Of a stretch of 64,000 nt of DNA, positions 1 to 19,538 are shown piece by piece (the stretch's first letter is position 1; every line of letters begins with the position of its first letter). Where the stretch lies: NCBI GenBank assembly GCA_013265495.1, contig MU061814.1:5893684-5957683 (forward strand), given 5' to 3'. The notes under the pieces were generated by a model. That model worked only from the letters and a program-made list of their open reading frames with translations. It made no database searches and was not told the DNA's origin. Origin of the DNA: Vicugna vicugna. Taxonomy: Eukaryota. The translations under genes were made by a program, and so were the position numbers.

Positions 1-289
1 CCGGTCCCGACTCCTCCGGACTCCTTGGGAGACCGCTGCTTCGCGTCCCAGCGGCTGTTTGTGCTCATGCGCTGCTGCTGACCTGGGAACCTCGAAGTGC
101 CTCCCAGGCCCTCGACTCGGTGACACTCAGACTCCAGTCTCTGCCCCCGCAAAGCTCTCTGCGGGACTCAGCTGTAACTTTCTTCGGTCGGGCCCGGGGT
201 AGGCGTTGCTCTGGGTTGTAGCCTTTGCTCCTAAGAAGTAAGCAAGCAGGTCTCTCCCCTCTGGCTGGGCCCGAGCGTGGGGGCTGCCG

Positions 290-2040
290 CGTACGCGTCG
301 TCGTTCAGTTGTACCACCGTCTCGTCACCACCTTCCAGTTGATGGGCATTCGAGTTGTTTCTTCTTTTTAGCTAGGAGGGACGGTGCTGCCACGCCAGTC
401 CTGTCCGAGCTTTCTCGCTGGGTATCTTCGTCTTTCCTGGGTGGACATCTAGGAACAGAACTCCTGGGTCTTTTGGTGCCTGTGACCTTTCAAGAAACTG
501 CCAGACGGCTTCCCACAGCGGCTGCACCTTTTCACGTCCCCGGCGGCCGGGCGGGAGGGCTCCAGCACCTCCACAGCCTCACCGGCACTCGCGACTGGTC
601 TGTGCTTTTGATCAGAGTTCGTCTGTGAGTGTGAAGTGGCGTCTCGCTGTGGTTTGATCTGCATTTCCCTGAAGACTGACGATGCTGAGCGTCGTTCCGC
701 ACGTGTGGCCATCTGTGTACCTCCTCTGGAGAAGCGTCCGTTCGGACCCTTAGCCCGATTCTAAGTGGCTTGTTTATTCTCTCAGCACTGAGCTTTGAGG
801 GCTCTTTGTGTCTTCCGGATACAAGTCCTTTGCAAGTATTTTCTCCCCGTCTGTGGCTTGTCTTTTTATTTACTTAACAGCCATTCATAGTACCAAAGCT
901 TTCAATTTTGATGAAGTCTGATGCACCCACCTTTTTTCTTGCGTGGGATGATCCACTGACACTGGCAAACCCCCAGGTTTAGGACCTACGGCTTCAAAAA
1001 TTTCGCTGAGATTTTTATCAAAACTGTATGAAATCTGGACGTCAGTTTGGAGGGAACGGGTGTCTGTTCTGCTGTGTTTCCACTCACTTAGGCCTTCTTT
1101 GATTTCTTTCATTAGCAGTTAGTTCTCGGCGTGCGGACCCTAGACATGTTTTGTAAGGTTTATACTTAAGTGTTTCATAGCAGAGGGTAGCCATTATAAA
1201 CGGTATTTTTAAAATTTCTGCTTCTCACTGTAAATCACTAGTGTGTAAGGACACGGTTGGTTTTTGTGTGCTGACTTTGTATCTTGCTAATCTCATTTGC
1301 TCAGTTAGTCTTTTTGTGGGTTCCTTGATGACGGGCCACCATGTTGTCTGTGAAGAGGCACAGTTTCGTTCCTCACTTTTGATCTATGTGCCCCCTGTGT
1401 CTTTCTCTTGCCCCACCGTACTGCCTAAGGCTTCCGGGGGGTGCTGGGTAAGCCTAGCGAGAGAGCCCCGCCCCGGGAGGGAGCCTGTCTTTCTCCCTCA
1501 AGCACACGTGGCCTTGCTCACTGGGAGCTGGCTGGTGTGAGCTCTCCACTGACGCTCTTTACAAGATCGAGGACGCCCTTTTCCCTTCCTGGCTTGCTGA
1601 GTTTTCATCGTGAGTGGGCCTACCAAAGCTCATTGCCCATCATTTGACAGGCGTGCTCACGGCTGCCAGCTGGTGCATTTCCACAAGCACTGCTTTAAAG
1701 CCTCCGTCGGGTCCCCGCAGCGTCAGGGTTCGTCCCTCCAGTGCCACTTCCTGGGGTTTTCCTGGTGCTTTTATGCCGAGCGATTTAGCTCTTATCCCGA
1801 AGTTCAGTGTTTCTGAAGAGTGAACACTCTGTGGTTTGCTGTACACCTTGAGCTGAATTCCAGGGCACTGAGATGCTCGTTTCTGACAGTTTCTCCAAGG
1901 CTCCTATTTGCTTTTCGGAGAGGGAGTTTTTTGACCTCCTCACTCCTTCGTGCTGGGAATCTGTAGTATCCCTTACTACACGACTCACCTTTTCCTGCTC
2001 AGGGCTGATCTCCCTTAGCCACTGGGGACGCAGTGGGTCC
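290..2040 (-). mobile_element. Degenerate LINE-1 (ORF2 3' part), antisense
   Basis: Typical antisense L1 ORF2 motifs, e.g. ttcaagaaactgccagac..., tgtggtttgatctgcatttccctg, ttcaattttgatgaagtc, gccttctttgatttctttcattag. No intact ORF; boundaries approximate. Confidence 0.85.
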
Positions 2041-5000
2041 AAGCCTGGCTCTCACAGATTCGACTAAACCAGCAGGAAAACCGTGAGGTCACCGCTGGTG
2101 GGAACAGCGCTGCAGCTGGTGACCACACCTGACCTCCACGGAGCGCCTGCTTTGAGCTGGGCCCTGGTCTACGCATCCACACCAAGCCCCACGAGTCACG
2201 CGCGTCCTGTCTCACAGACGAGGAAACTGTGGAGTGGCGGGGCCAGCTGCGGCTCCCCGAGGAACCTTCTGGCCGCACAAAGCGACCCCCGCGATGAGCT
2301 CTCATCAAGTACTAGTCAGTAGCTTCATTTCTTCTGAGAACAGTGACATCACCGACAGAGGCTCAGCTCCTGCTCGAGGGCCCAGCCGCGGCTGTCACCC
2401 AGGGAGGCATCTTCTGACCCGAAGGTAGGGCGGGGCTGTGTGCCATCCTGATGGGAAACATCTCTGGCCCTCCCAAGGGTTTTCCTGTCCCCACTTCCCA
2501 GGTAGCTGGAGGCTCAGGTGCTACGTCCTGACCCCGGGCCCAGCCCTGCCCACCTTGAGCCCCAGACAAGCCTCCAAGCACGCGGGCCACCATCCCTTCG
2601 GGGCCGGTGGAAGGCAAGGGCTGACCTCTCTCCCCTGAGCTCAGCCCGTGCCAGACCTTGTCGTTACCGCCCACTCTGAAGTAGCCCCCCTGAGGCGGGG
2701 CAGCCAGCGTGGGCAGGCGGGTTCCAGCCCAGGCCTCAGGGCTCCAGAGCCCGTCTTCCCCCAGGGCTAGAGCCATTCCTAGGAGAGCCAGCAAGACAGC
2801 GTCCCCGAGGTCAACTCAGCAACTCCGAGGACGCCAGACGGGTGTGTGGCCACCTTGGGGTCATCCCAGATGGTCCACACACAGGCTGGGGATGGACAGA
2901 GGGAACCTGAGACCCCGAAACCCCACCCCTTTCCCCACTCTCACCAGGATGTGCCCCCATCCCACTCAAGACCGCTGACCCAGCTCTGGGGAGGGACTGG
3001 CAGAGCCCCCACCTTCCTAGCTTAGTACACACAGCTTTTACATGTTCACTTAAAAAACCCTCTCTTCAGGTTGCCTGTTATTGAAGTCACCATCGGTGAG
3101 GCTGAGAGTGGGGGGGACTGGGGCAGGCTGGCCAAGCAGGCAGCTGGAAGGTGGCCTGGGAAGGTGGGAGACACACTCATCAGTGCGCCTTCAGGGAAGG
3201 TGTCCAGCCGGGAATGGTCTGCAGACGGCCCCACTGCCAGCTCCTTTAGGGCAGGCCTTGGCCACAGAGCCACCGTGCCCAGGGCTGCTTCCCCAGGGGG
3301 CCACATGGGGCCTCACGCAGGTCACCCCCGACGGCGGGCCAGCACCCGAGCTGACATGTCCCCCGACTGAGCCCGTTCCCAGGTGTGGGTCACCAACACA
3401 CATCCTGCATCCCAGCCTCTGTCCCAGCCTCTGCTCCCAAGACCTCAGCTTGTGACACTTGTGCAAGCAGGAGTCCCAGACGGGAAGTGGCCACGGGGGG
3501 TCACAGCCGAGTGCCCTGCCCACCCAGGCTCCCTGACCGGGCCTGCCACAGGGTGACCCCGGCCTTGCCCTCAGCCCCGAGCACAGGCTCACTGGCTCTG
3601 CCCAGTGCTCGGACCCAGCACACGTCCGCGCCCAGCGCGGGGTGTCACGTGGCCTCAACAGGCTGGGGGAGCCCTGCCGGCTGGAGCCAGGGGAACTGGA
3701 GTGGAGAGAACAGAACTGAATTGAGGCGTGCCATGCTCTGAGCATGGAAGAGGCAGCAACTGTCCCCAGGAAGTGTCAGCTCCCGGGGAGGAGAGGACAG
3801 CCTGAGAACTCCTTCAGGTCTCTCTCACGAGGGTCCAAAGCTTCCAGTCCACCCAGGAGGTGAGCTCTGCCCAGGGCAGGGGCAGCAGGTGGAGAGGGCT
3901 CCATGGTTTCCTGAAGAACGGAGGAGGGGTGTCAGGATCCCAGCCACCCAGCACTTCCCTTCTCCCCAGCTGACCAGGCCTGAGCCAGGCCCAGGGAAGC
4001 GCCAGGAGGCAAGGCCTGGGTCCCACGAGGAGCAGGCGCTGGCTGTGGCTGCGTCAGTGTCGTCCCAGGGGCCCAGCACTGTTCATGAGCCCTGTGGGAG
4101 GAGAGGCTGCCGAGGCCCCAGGGGCAGGACCACCAGGCTGTGAGGCCCGCATGAGTGACTAGGGTGTCACAAGCTCACCCACCCCTGGGGAGCCACTGAG
4201 ACATCTCCTCTGCTCCCTGCCAGCAGAGAGCGCCTGACTTCAACCTCCCCACACCCACAGCCCAGTGCACCAGGGCTCTCTCCAGTCCCAAGCCCCTCCC
4301 AGCAGAAGCCCTGGTGGCCCTCCTGCCCTGGTCAGGGGGTGCTAAGCTGACCCTGTTCTCCAGGGCAGACCCATGTCCCTGCTCTCTGTTCAGACCCTGC
4401 CATAGGATAAGTCTGCCCCAGGGGTCCCACCCCATCTGGGATCTCACCTCCCATATTGCTGCTCCCCACTCCCCCCAGGGTACACTGCATCTGTCCCGCG
4501 GGCCCTCAGGAATGGCACCCGCCCTCATTTCCTGAGCTGTGCCCCATCCTGAGCAACTACCAGGCCAAGGATTCTGAGCAGACACCTCACCAAACCTTGC
4601 TTCCTGACAATATGAGCTGTCCATGGTCCTGGGCAGGCGCCTCACGCCGGCCTCTCCAGCTCCAGGCCCCGGAACCCCAGTCCTGTTGGAGGCACCAGCA
4701 AGGGGCATACCACAAGATGCCCACACACCTGGCCGCCAGCCACGGGGACACGGGAGTCCAGGGAAGGGGTAGAGCCCTGTGGCTAAGGGTTCTTCAGAGC
4801 GAGACAAGACTAGAACATTCTTGCCAGAATGTCCCATCCTCCTGCTGTCAATTGCACTGACCAGTCTGCCTTATCAATGACCCCTCAGGGCCCCAGTGAG
4901 GAGGCCTGACTACCTGCCTGTCCAGCACACCTGCCACCCTGCCCTTGCCCAGCTCTGAGCACTGGGTCTCAGAGTGTCTGTGCTGGCCCTGTCCCAGCGC

Positions 5001-7229
5001 CTCCTTGCTTGGCCCTCAGCTTAAGCCTGACACCCCGCCTCCTGTCCCTGCTCACCAAGGAGGGGCCCTGCCCTCTGGTCTGGCCCCTCTGCCAGAAGGA
5101 GCCCCCATCTGACTCCCCAAGCCACCCCCATGCCTGGCTGAGCTACACATACACAGAAGGTGCCTTGCCAACCCGAGGGCTGAGTGAACAGTGTGGTGCA
5201 CGGTCCACGCAGGCCCAGTTTCACCCAGAGGCCCCCTTCAGTGCCCCTGCCTGGCTCTCCTGTCCTCACCACGAACTCACAAAGGCAGGTGCCGTTGGCC
5301 TCAGTGTCCTCAGCCTGGGGCGCACAACTGGTACCCAACCACCCCAATCACCTTCGTGAACCACAAAACACGGAACCCAATCATGCTGCAAGCCCACTGG
5401 GGGCTGCCCCTCTCTGGGGGAGGGGTCTGATGCCCAGCATCTCGGGGGGGGCATGAGGGGCAGATACTCGGGTACCAGGCAATTTGTCAGCTGAGGGGAG
5501 GGTGCCCTGTTGCCCATCCCAGGCAAGCATGTGGTCAGGGGCCGGCTGAGAGCTAAGACCAGAGGGGAGAGGCCACTCCACACAGCGGGCAGCTCTATGA
5601 GGCCCCGAGTAGAGTTGACAGCTGGAGCTCGCGTGAACCCAAATGGCCAATAACCCAGCCACATGGCCCTGGTGCATCTCATCCACTACCAAGCTCAGGG
5701 TTTGGTGAGTGTACGGGGGCAGGGGAGGGCAAATGGCAAGTGGTAAGAATTAAACTTGATTTTAAATTTAAGTAAAGTCATGATCCAGAACTAATGCCCT
5801 GGAGGGGCAGGAAGCCGGCCAGGGCACGGCTGTGGGTGACTCTGGGAAGAGAAGGTCTCTGGCTGTGAAGTGGGGTTGAGGTGGGAGCAGTGGGGGGCCA
5901 TGTGCCTCTCCTCTGAGGTCTGGCCTCACTTGAATGGGCCACATCTCTCGCCGTGAGCACAGTTATCTTGGAGGCCCACGAAAGGCCCAGCTGGACAGGT
6001 GGCAGGGAGAGCCCCTGGAACTGTCCTTTTCCCTGTGACCAGCCAGGGTCCAGTCCGTGGGGACGCCAGGAAGAGATGGAGGACCAAAACTCACCTAGGC
6101 CAGGTAGCTCTCCTCTGAGGGTCCTCCCAGCCCCGCTGCTGCCCAAGGCAGGTCACAGTTAGAAGTCAGCAGCCTTGACCCACCACCCAGACCAATAAAG
6201 GGCCACATCCAGGGGCACCCAGATCCCTCCCCTCCTGGGGCCTTGGTTTTTTCGTCTGCTGAGTGAAAAGTCGGACTGAGGTGTGAAGTTATATAGAGCC
6301 CAGCCAAGAGGATTATGGGCTCTTCCTGGTGGCCCCCCTGAAGCCCCCACAGATCTCCCGAGACCTTCCCGACCACCAGGGCCGAGACTGCCCAGCCAGG
6401 GCCTAGCGACAAAGAGCCAGGGAGAGTGCAGGGAGACTTCCCCCCCTGCAGAGGGAGGCTGGGGCCTGGAGGAGGTTGTGCGGTGGAGGGGGTAAGCTGG
6501 TTTCCACACTGAAAAGGAAATCCTCCTCCTGACTGAAGAGGCAGGGTGTGGCAGGGCCCAAGCACAACAGGGAACATTCTGGGGTTGCCCAAACCAGAGG
6601 GCCTTACCTCCAGCTACTGGAGGCTTCTCCTGACAGCAGCTCTTTACCTCATCCACTGAAATAAGCCCCACTTTGCCTGCCCTGATTTCCACTCTCCCTC
6701 CCTCCCCCACGCCCCACAAGCAGCTGGATGCAGGCTGGAGCTGAGAACTGGGAGTGGGTTCCAGAACCCCCAGGGCTGTGAGGGGTCATGGGTGGTGGGT
6801 TCCGCAGCTTCCCACCCGCGGTGAAGTCCCTGAAGGGCTGGAAAGCTCAAGGCATGCAGCCTGTTCTGGGTACCACCGTGTGCCCGCGGGGGCTCACGTC
6901 TGGTTGGAGGGCTGAGCACGCAGAAGCAAAAACCCCCAACCTGTCTTGGGTGAGAAGGGGCGGGCCCCATCCTCAGCGGAGAAGGCCAGAGCAGAGGGGC
7001 ACTGCGGGGCCTTGGCCTGAAGGGCTCAGCCCAGGGCTGTGACAGCAGCAGAAACGGACCAGAAACGCAGGGGCCATCGTCCAGCTGCTCGCCGCCCCCA
7101 CAGAGCTGGAAAGGTGGGGGCAGGCTAGACCAGCTGAGGGCCAGGGCCCAAAGCAATGGCCAGAGCCCGGGAAGGGGGGTCCAGGAGGTGGGAGGGAGAC
7201 AGGCTGTGCTCTAGGACTGGGGCGAGGGT

Positions 7230-8200
7230 CATTGAACTACTCCAACTCCAGGCCACGCCAGGGGGCGCTGCCTCGGAAGCCCAGGTCTGACCGACGCCGC
7301 AGGGCTGAACTTCCGCCGGCGCAGGCCGGCGAGAGCCAGGCCAAGGGGGCGGGGCAGGGAGGTGCTTGGGGCGGGGCCGAGCCGAGGCCTCGCAGGGGTC
7401 CTGGGCGGGGCCTGGATCGAGGCGGGGCCTGGGGGCCAGCTCGTCCCGCCCCCCGTGACGAGACTGCGGCGCCGCCGTATAAGGAGACGCGTCCGCGCGT
7501 GCGCGCCCCGCGCGTCTGGGTCGTGGAGCTGTAGCTCGCGGTCGCTTCTGCAGATGGGCTCCGTGGCCTAGCGTCCCCGTCCCCGCCACCTGTGATCGTG
7601 CGCCGAGGCCCACGAGGGGTCGCCGCCGAGGTGAGGAGCTGGGGCGGCGCGAGGGTGGGGTCGAGCGGCCCTCATGGGCGGCGCGGGCCGGCCCGTGCGC
7701 GACGGTGGCGGGGCGGGTCGCACGGCGGCCGAGAGGAAGGAAGGGCGGGCGGGGTCGGGGCCGCGGGCGGGCAGGGGCGGCAGGCCGGGCCCGGGACGCG
7801 GAGCTAGGGGCGCGCTGGCCGCTTCCACGAGCCCCAGGCCTGCGGCCCCGCGCACAAAGCGCCTTTGTTACCCCGCGCGGCCGGTTCGGGCTGGTTGGAA
7901 CCGCCCGCGCGGAGAGGGCGGGCCGGGAGTTCCCGAGCCCCGCCTCGGTTGGGTAAACAAACCCAGCCTTTGTGCCCCGCCCCGGAGCCCGCGGGGCGGG
8001 GCTGAGCCTGGCGTCCCGACCGGGCGGCTCAGCCCGGGTGGGGAGCGTCCCTCTCGACGGGCAGCGGTGACCAAAGGGGTTCCCCGACGGCGCCTTTGCA
8101 GGTTTCCACCAGCCCAAGCAAGATCATGGCAGCCATCCCCTCCAGCGGCTCGCTCGTGGCCACCCACGACTACTACCGGCGTAAGTAAGCCCCTTGCTCG
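7230..8200 (+). promoter_or_regulatory. PPDPF CpG-island promoter with TATA box, GC boxes and CRE half-site; noncoding exon 1 about 7510-7630
   Basis: CpG dense; TATAAG at 7478-7483; TGACG at 7456-7460; several GGGGCGGGG boxes; donor GAG|gtgagg at 7631; exon 2 acceptor tttgcag ending at 8101. Confidence 0.8.
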
Positions 8201-8841
8201 CCCCCTCCCCAGGTCTCACCCAGCCCGTGGCGGCAGCTCCAGTGTCTTGAGAACCCTTATCTGGGTGGGGAGTGAGCTGCTAAAGATCCCTGGCACTGGC
8301 CCTGTGCTGCCAGCAAAGCCAGCATTTGGCCTGGTGGGCAAGGGGCTCAGTACCCTGCAGAGCTGACTGGGCCTCTTCTCTCCAGGCCGCCTGGGCTCCA
8401 CTTCCAGTAACAGCTCCTGCGGAAGTGCAGAGTACCCTGGGGAAGCCATCCCCCACCACCCGGGTGAGTGGAGGTCCTGTTCCCGTCTGTCCCCAGGGGC
8501 CCTCTGGAAGGAGCCAGCTGCAGCATCCTGACTTCACTTTGCTTCCTTCAGGTCTCCCCAAAGCCGACCTGGGACACTGGTGGGCTAGCTTCTTTTTCGG
8601 GAAGTCCACTCTCCCATTCATGGCCACAGTGTTGGAGTCCCCAGAGCAGTGAGTCCACTTTCCTGGGGGGCAGTGACGGGGTGGGCAGGTGGAAGCAACC
8701 TCTGACCACACGCTCTCCCCCAGCTCGGAATCGCCCCAGACTTCCACCAGCGCGATCACCTGTGACCTGGTTCGGGAAGCCGTGGGGAAGCAGCAGCCTG
8801 GCAGCCAGCCTGGCAAAACCAACTCCAGGCCCCCGTCCTGA
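8126..8841 (+). CDS. PPDPF: Pancreatic progenitor cell differentiation and proliferation factor, 115 aa
   Basis: Coding exons 8126-8180, 8386-8463, 8552-8648, 8724-8841, all GT-AG, 348 nt. Translation MAAIPSSGSLVATHDYYRRRLGSTSSNSSCGSAEYPGEAIPHHPGLPKADLGHWWASFFFGKSTLPFMATVLESPEHSESPQ...NSRPPS matches PPDPF. Confidence 0.96.
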
Positions 8842-9080
8842 GTGGCTGCCACCAGCTGCCAGGCTTCCTTCCAAGGCGCTAGGCTCATAAGAGCCCTCCC
8901 CCTCCCCTTCCCTCCGCTCCCTGAGACGAAGCAGGCTACAGCCAACAGAAAAGTTGGGTTCTTTAATATCAAAACAGCAAAACGCCAAAAAGGAAGTTAA
9001 GAGAACCACGCTCTTTACTGTCCAAGCCACACGAGAGCCTTCCTGACACTTAATAACCCCGTGCCTTGCACCAAGTAGAA

Positions 9081-9086
9081 AATAAA
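9081..9086 (+). terminator. PPDPF polyadenylation signal AATAAA
   Basis: Canonical hexamer about 240 nt after the stop codon, followed by a GT-rich tract (gtgtgtgtgagctgtgt). Confidence 0.8.
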
Positions 9087-10674
9087 CTCCAGGCAGCCTG
9101 ATGGTGTGTGTGAGCTGTGTGCCCCCCCGCCGTGGGAGAAGTCACCCATACTCTCAACCTTCTCACTTCCTGGGCGGTGGGGAACTGGCCTTGCTCCCTG
9201 GGCCTTCCTGGGGCCCCTCCCTAGGCGGCCACCCCCAAGGTCTGGCCCAGGTGCACATGGGGAGGCAGCTCTGGTGAGCATGGAGCCTCGCATCTGAGAA
9301 GGGGTAGGGTGCCTTGCTATGTTGGGGAGCTGGGGAGAGCAGGCAGCCCAGGAGCTGGACTGGAGGCCTCCAGGGCAGCCACTGAGGTCAGGGCCCTCTG
9401 TGACTGCACCCCTTGTCCCTGCCACTAATGCTGGGGGCTGGGCCTCTGGCTCTGGATTCAGGAGCCCCAGCTAGAGGGGCCCAGTGCCCCTTGAAGGACC
9501 TTGAGGAGGCCGTCCTCAAGCTGGTGTCGGGTGGTTCATGTGCCACGTCTTCCCAGGTGCCTTCTGGTAAGGGGTCACCTCTTCTAGCCTCTTGAAAGAT
9601 GCTCTCTCGACAGGATCCCCCAACCCTGGGGGCGTGGCCCCAGGCACCCAAAACTAAGGCTGAGGAGTAGGAGGTGTAGGACTGCCCTAGAGGGGCCCTG
9701 CCACCAGGGACAGCCCAGCTCTGGGTAAAGTCCAATTCCAGGGGCTCTGTGTATGGTGGTGAGGTGTGGCTCATCCTCTGCTGGCCTCCTGGTGGTTGGC
9801 TGGTGGTGTCCAGCAGAGGTGGACGGGGGGAGTGGAGGGAGGCTTGGTGGGAGGTTAATGGGCTGGGCTCAGCAGGCCCTTGAAGGAGCCCATCCTCTGA
9901 CCTCCCCATCTGCACTCTGCCTCATTCGCACAGGTCCATTCCAAGGCACTTGGATGGCTAGTGGCCTCCAAAGGCTGCACCCTCTGTCCTGCCTGCCCTC
10001 GGTGTGTCCAGACAGACTGCAGGGTTGGGGGGTGAGCTCCCCTGTGGTCCAAAGGCTGGTAGACAGTGATGAGCCAGGGGGAGGGGGCATACCTCCAAGG
10101 CTGGCCTGAGACCCACCCAGTCTTTTTGGCCACAGTGTCCAGATGAAGCCCCCACATCCCCTGGTGGCAGCTGCTGATTGCTGAGGCAGGTGGCCAGGGA
10201 CAGCCGCCTCGCACCAGGTAGCAGGCATCAGGGCCCCTGTCAATGCAGAGTGCTGGAAAGTCCATGCCCCCTCAAGTTCAGGGGTCAGGCAGGGCCAGGT
10301 GGCAGAGGGAGTGCAGCCGAAGCCTAAATCCCCACCGTGCACAGCCAGGGAGGCTCAGTCCTGTCCTGACAGCCAGTGGGCTTCGGGTCAGGACCAGGGA
10401 CAGGTCCCCTCCCTTAGTTCCAGAGCAGGCGTGGGCTCCAGAGGGCCTGGCACTTTCCAGAGCTGGTGTCTTGAGGAGTAGGTGGGAGGAAGGGGTAGTC
10501 TGAGCCCCAGACTGCACTGGGTGAGCTCTCCTGCCCCGGGACAGGGCGGGCCCAGTGCTGCCGGGGCCCCTACCTGGGAGTGTCCAGTTGGTTCAGGAGC
10601 TGCAGCCTTAGCACAAATCCTCAGTAACTCAAGGTCAGCCCACATCCTTGATCCGCTGTTGCTCAGGCCCTTCC

Positions 10675-17075
<6,401 letters not shown>

Positions 17076-17729
17076 GGCCGGTACAGCAGCAGAACTGGGC
17101 CTCCTGGCCTCGCCGCCTTCACTGGCCCAGCTCAGACACCGCTGGCTAGGAGCAGCGTGTGGGCAGGGCTGACGCTGACAGGCCAGCCCGCCCCACTGGG
17201 CCACTGCCCACTTCCCTGACAAGGTGGCGGGGCTGGCCACACCTGTGCCACCAGGACGGCCTCCCCCAGGCCTCCCCAAGCACCCTGGACTCCTCCCTGA
17301 GGGCCCCAGCAGCTGCCCCCCATTCTCCTACCCCTGGGCCAGATCAGTCTGGGCACTCATCTTGCCTCCCTGCTGTGGGGAACCTGCCCACCAAGCAGCC
17401 ACTCAGGTGTCCCGGACCTGAGCACCAGGGGAGGGAGGGTGGGGTAGCTGATCGAGCCAGGGCGCTCCCTTCCCAAACCTCCCAGGGCTGCTGGGACTGA
17501 GCCAGGACACAGCATCAGGCAACTCTCAGCAGAGTGGCTGCTGGAAGCCCCGGTGGGCACTGCGTCTCTCCCCACGACCGAAGGGTCTTCAAGTGCCAGG
17601 TGCCTCCTCCTCACCACGGAGCCCGCGCAGTCCCTGAGCCCAGCAGGGAAACCCTGCCATGACAGGATGGCGGTGAGGACGAGGACCAGGAGAAATCACA
17701 CTCTAACCCTACTTCCTGGCACTTTTCCT

Positions 17730-17735
17730 TTTATT
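17730..17735 (-). terminator. Probable SRMS polyadenylation signal (AATAAA on minus strand)
   Basis: tttatt on the + strand about 1.8 kb downstream of the SRMS stop and 655 bp upstream of the PTK6 ATG. Confidence 0.6.
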
Positions 17736-19538
17736 GAGACGAGACTGGGACCACTCGCTTCACTGAAACCAAGTCCAAGTGTCATTTCCCAAGTTCGTGA
17801 GCACACAGAGCAGCCCGCTCAGTTCTGAGCAAGGAGGGGCCAGTCCCGGGGGCAGGGACCCAGGGCTGGGCGGTGAGCTGCTCGGCCCCCCTGGGCTCCA
17901 AGGCCCCACCCCGCACGCCCACCCCTCACCGCTGCCGGGACACCTGGGCGCCGCATCCAGGGCCTCGGCCGGCTGTGCGGGGGGTTTCCCGGGGCCACAC
18001 CGGGATGCGGCCGCGGGAGGGCTCTGAGGTGGAGATTCTGGTCCCTCCCTAGGCACCACCACCAGACCTGTTTGGCTTGTGCTGAAGAGATGCCCCAGGG
18101 ATGTGCCAGTGACCCCAACCCTGAGCACACCCGCCTCGCCGGTCACCGCCCAGCACAGCCCTCCAGCCACAGTACACCTGCCAGCCCCGCTCCCCACATG
18201 CCACAGTTTCCAGGAAACAAAGCGGGTGAGCCCTCCAGCGTGGCCAGAGCCCTGAACCCCACGCCACTTTATCTGGGAACCACCCAGAGCCGGGTCAGGG
18301 GCTGCAGACCAAGGCAGACCCCCTAGCTGCCTGCGGTCCCAAAAGGCTCAGGCCAAACCCACCTGCCCCTACCGTCTGCCTGGGTCGGGAGGACGGTGTC
18401 CCAGGCTCTGACCCACAGCCAGGCCGACTGGGGCCCTGAAGTGGCCTGTTCCTACCTCCTACCTAGTCCTTTGGGCTGCCTCTGCCCACAGTGCCCACCT
18501 CTCCCCTCTGGGAAGGCTCCAGTCCCCGCCCTCCACTGTCTGCCTCTTGGAGACCAAAGCCATCAGGGTGAGCTGGAACCAATGTGATGTCCTGCCCAGT
18601 CCACATTTGGTGACACTCTGATGTGGCTTGAAACCAGCCCTGTGGGAAGTCGCATCCTGGAAACTGGCTGCTTCCTTTCCCAGGGGAGCTGGTCATCACC
18701 CAGGTGCCCAGACGACATGGCCTCTGCCCCACCCCCACCTGCACAGCCAGGCCAGCACCCAGCCCCACGCCTGAGGCACTCTGCCTCCCTGACCTTTGTC
18801 CCACCCCCAGAGAACCGACCCCCAGCATAACTTAGTCACCTTCCAGTGGCCTGACCCATCCCACCCCCCTCCCCAGCCCTCTCTGCTCCAGCCCCAGGGA
18901 GACGGAAAGGGCTGTTCGTACAGCTTCCGCAGCCTCAGCCGGTTCCTGCCAACAGCCCAGGAGTCGTGCTGCCCCTGGGTCCCTGGTTCTGGGCGCAAAG
19001 ATGCTTGCGGGTGGGGACCAGCTCTTCCTCCGCTGTGGTAAGCCAGCTAGGGGACCATGCATCAGCTCCAGCTCCTGCTCTGATCTAGGGGCTGATGTGT
19101 GTGCTGATGGCCGCGCCCCGCCTGTGCTATGTGGGGCCAGCGCCCCGATTCCACCAGAGAGCCCCAGCACTGCCGCTTCAGCAAGGCCACAGCAGGACTT
19201 TGGAGACACTGGGAAGCCCACCTCTCACTCTTGACTCTGAGAGAGCTGAGGGGGCTCCATCTGGCCTTCTCTGCAGAGATCCTTATCCCACCAGGGACAC
19301 CAGTCACACCAGGAGAGGACCCCAGCCCCTCCTCTGTCTGAGCAGGTGTCTGCATATGTATGCCTTGCATGCACATGCAAATGTCAGAGCGTGTCAGGGC
19401 GTGTGGCCCAGGGCCAGAGGCTGCGCGGGCTGGCAACAGTTTTGGGGCACCAGAGACCCCTGTGTGTGTTGACCCGTCCTGTGGGTTGGGAGGCTCCTCG
19501 GCAAGCGGGTGGCCCTGGCCAGGTGTCTGGGGCCCGAG

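Noticed and set aside
7125-8366. Long Arg/Pro/Gly-rich ORFs (330 aa, 230 aa) over the PPDPF CpG island
   Set aside because: Stop-codon scarcity in very GC-rich sequence; no domain similarity.
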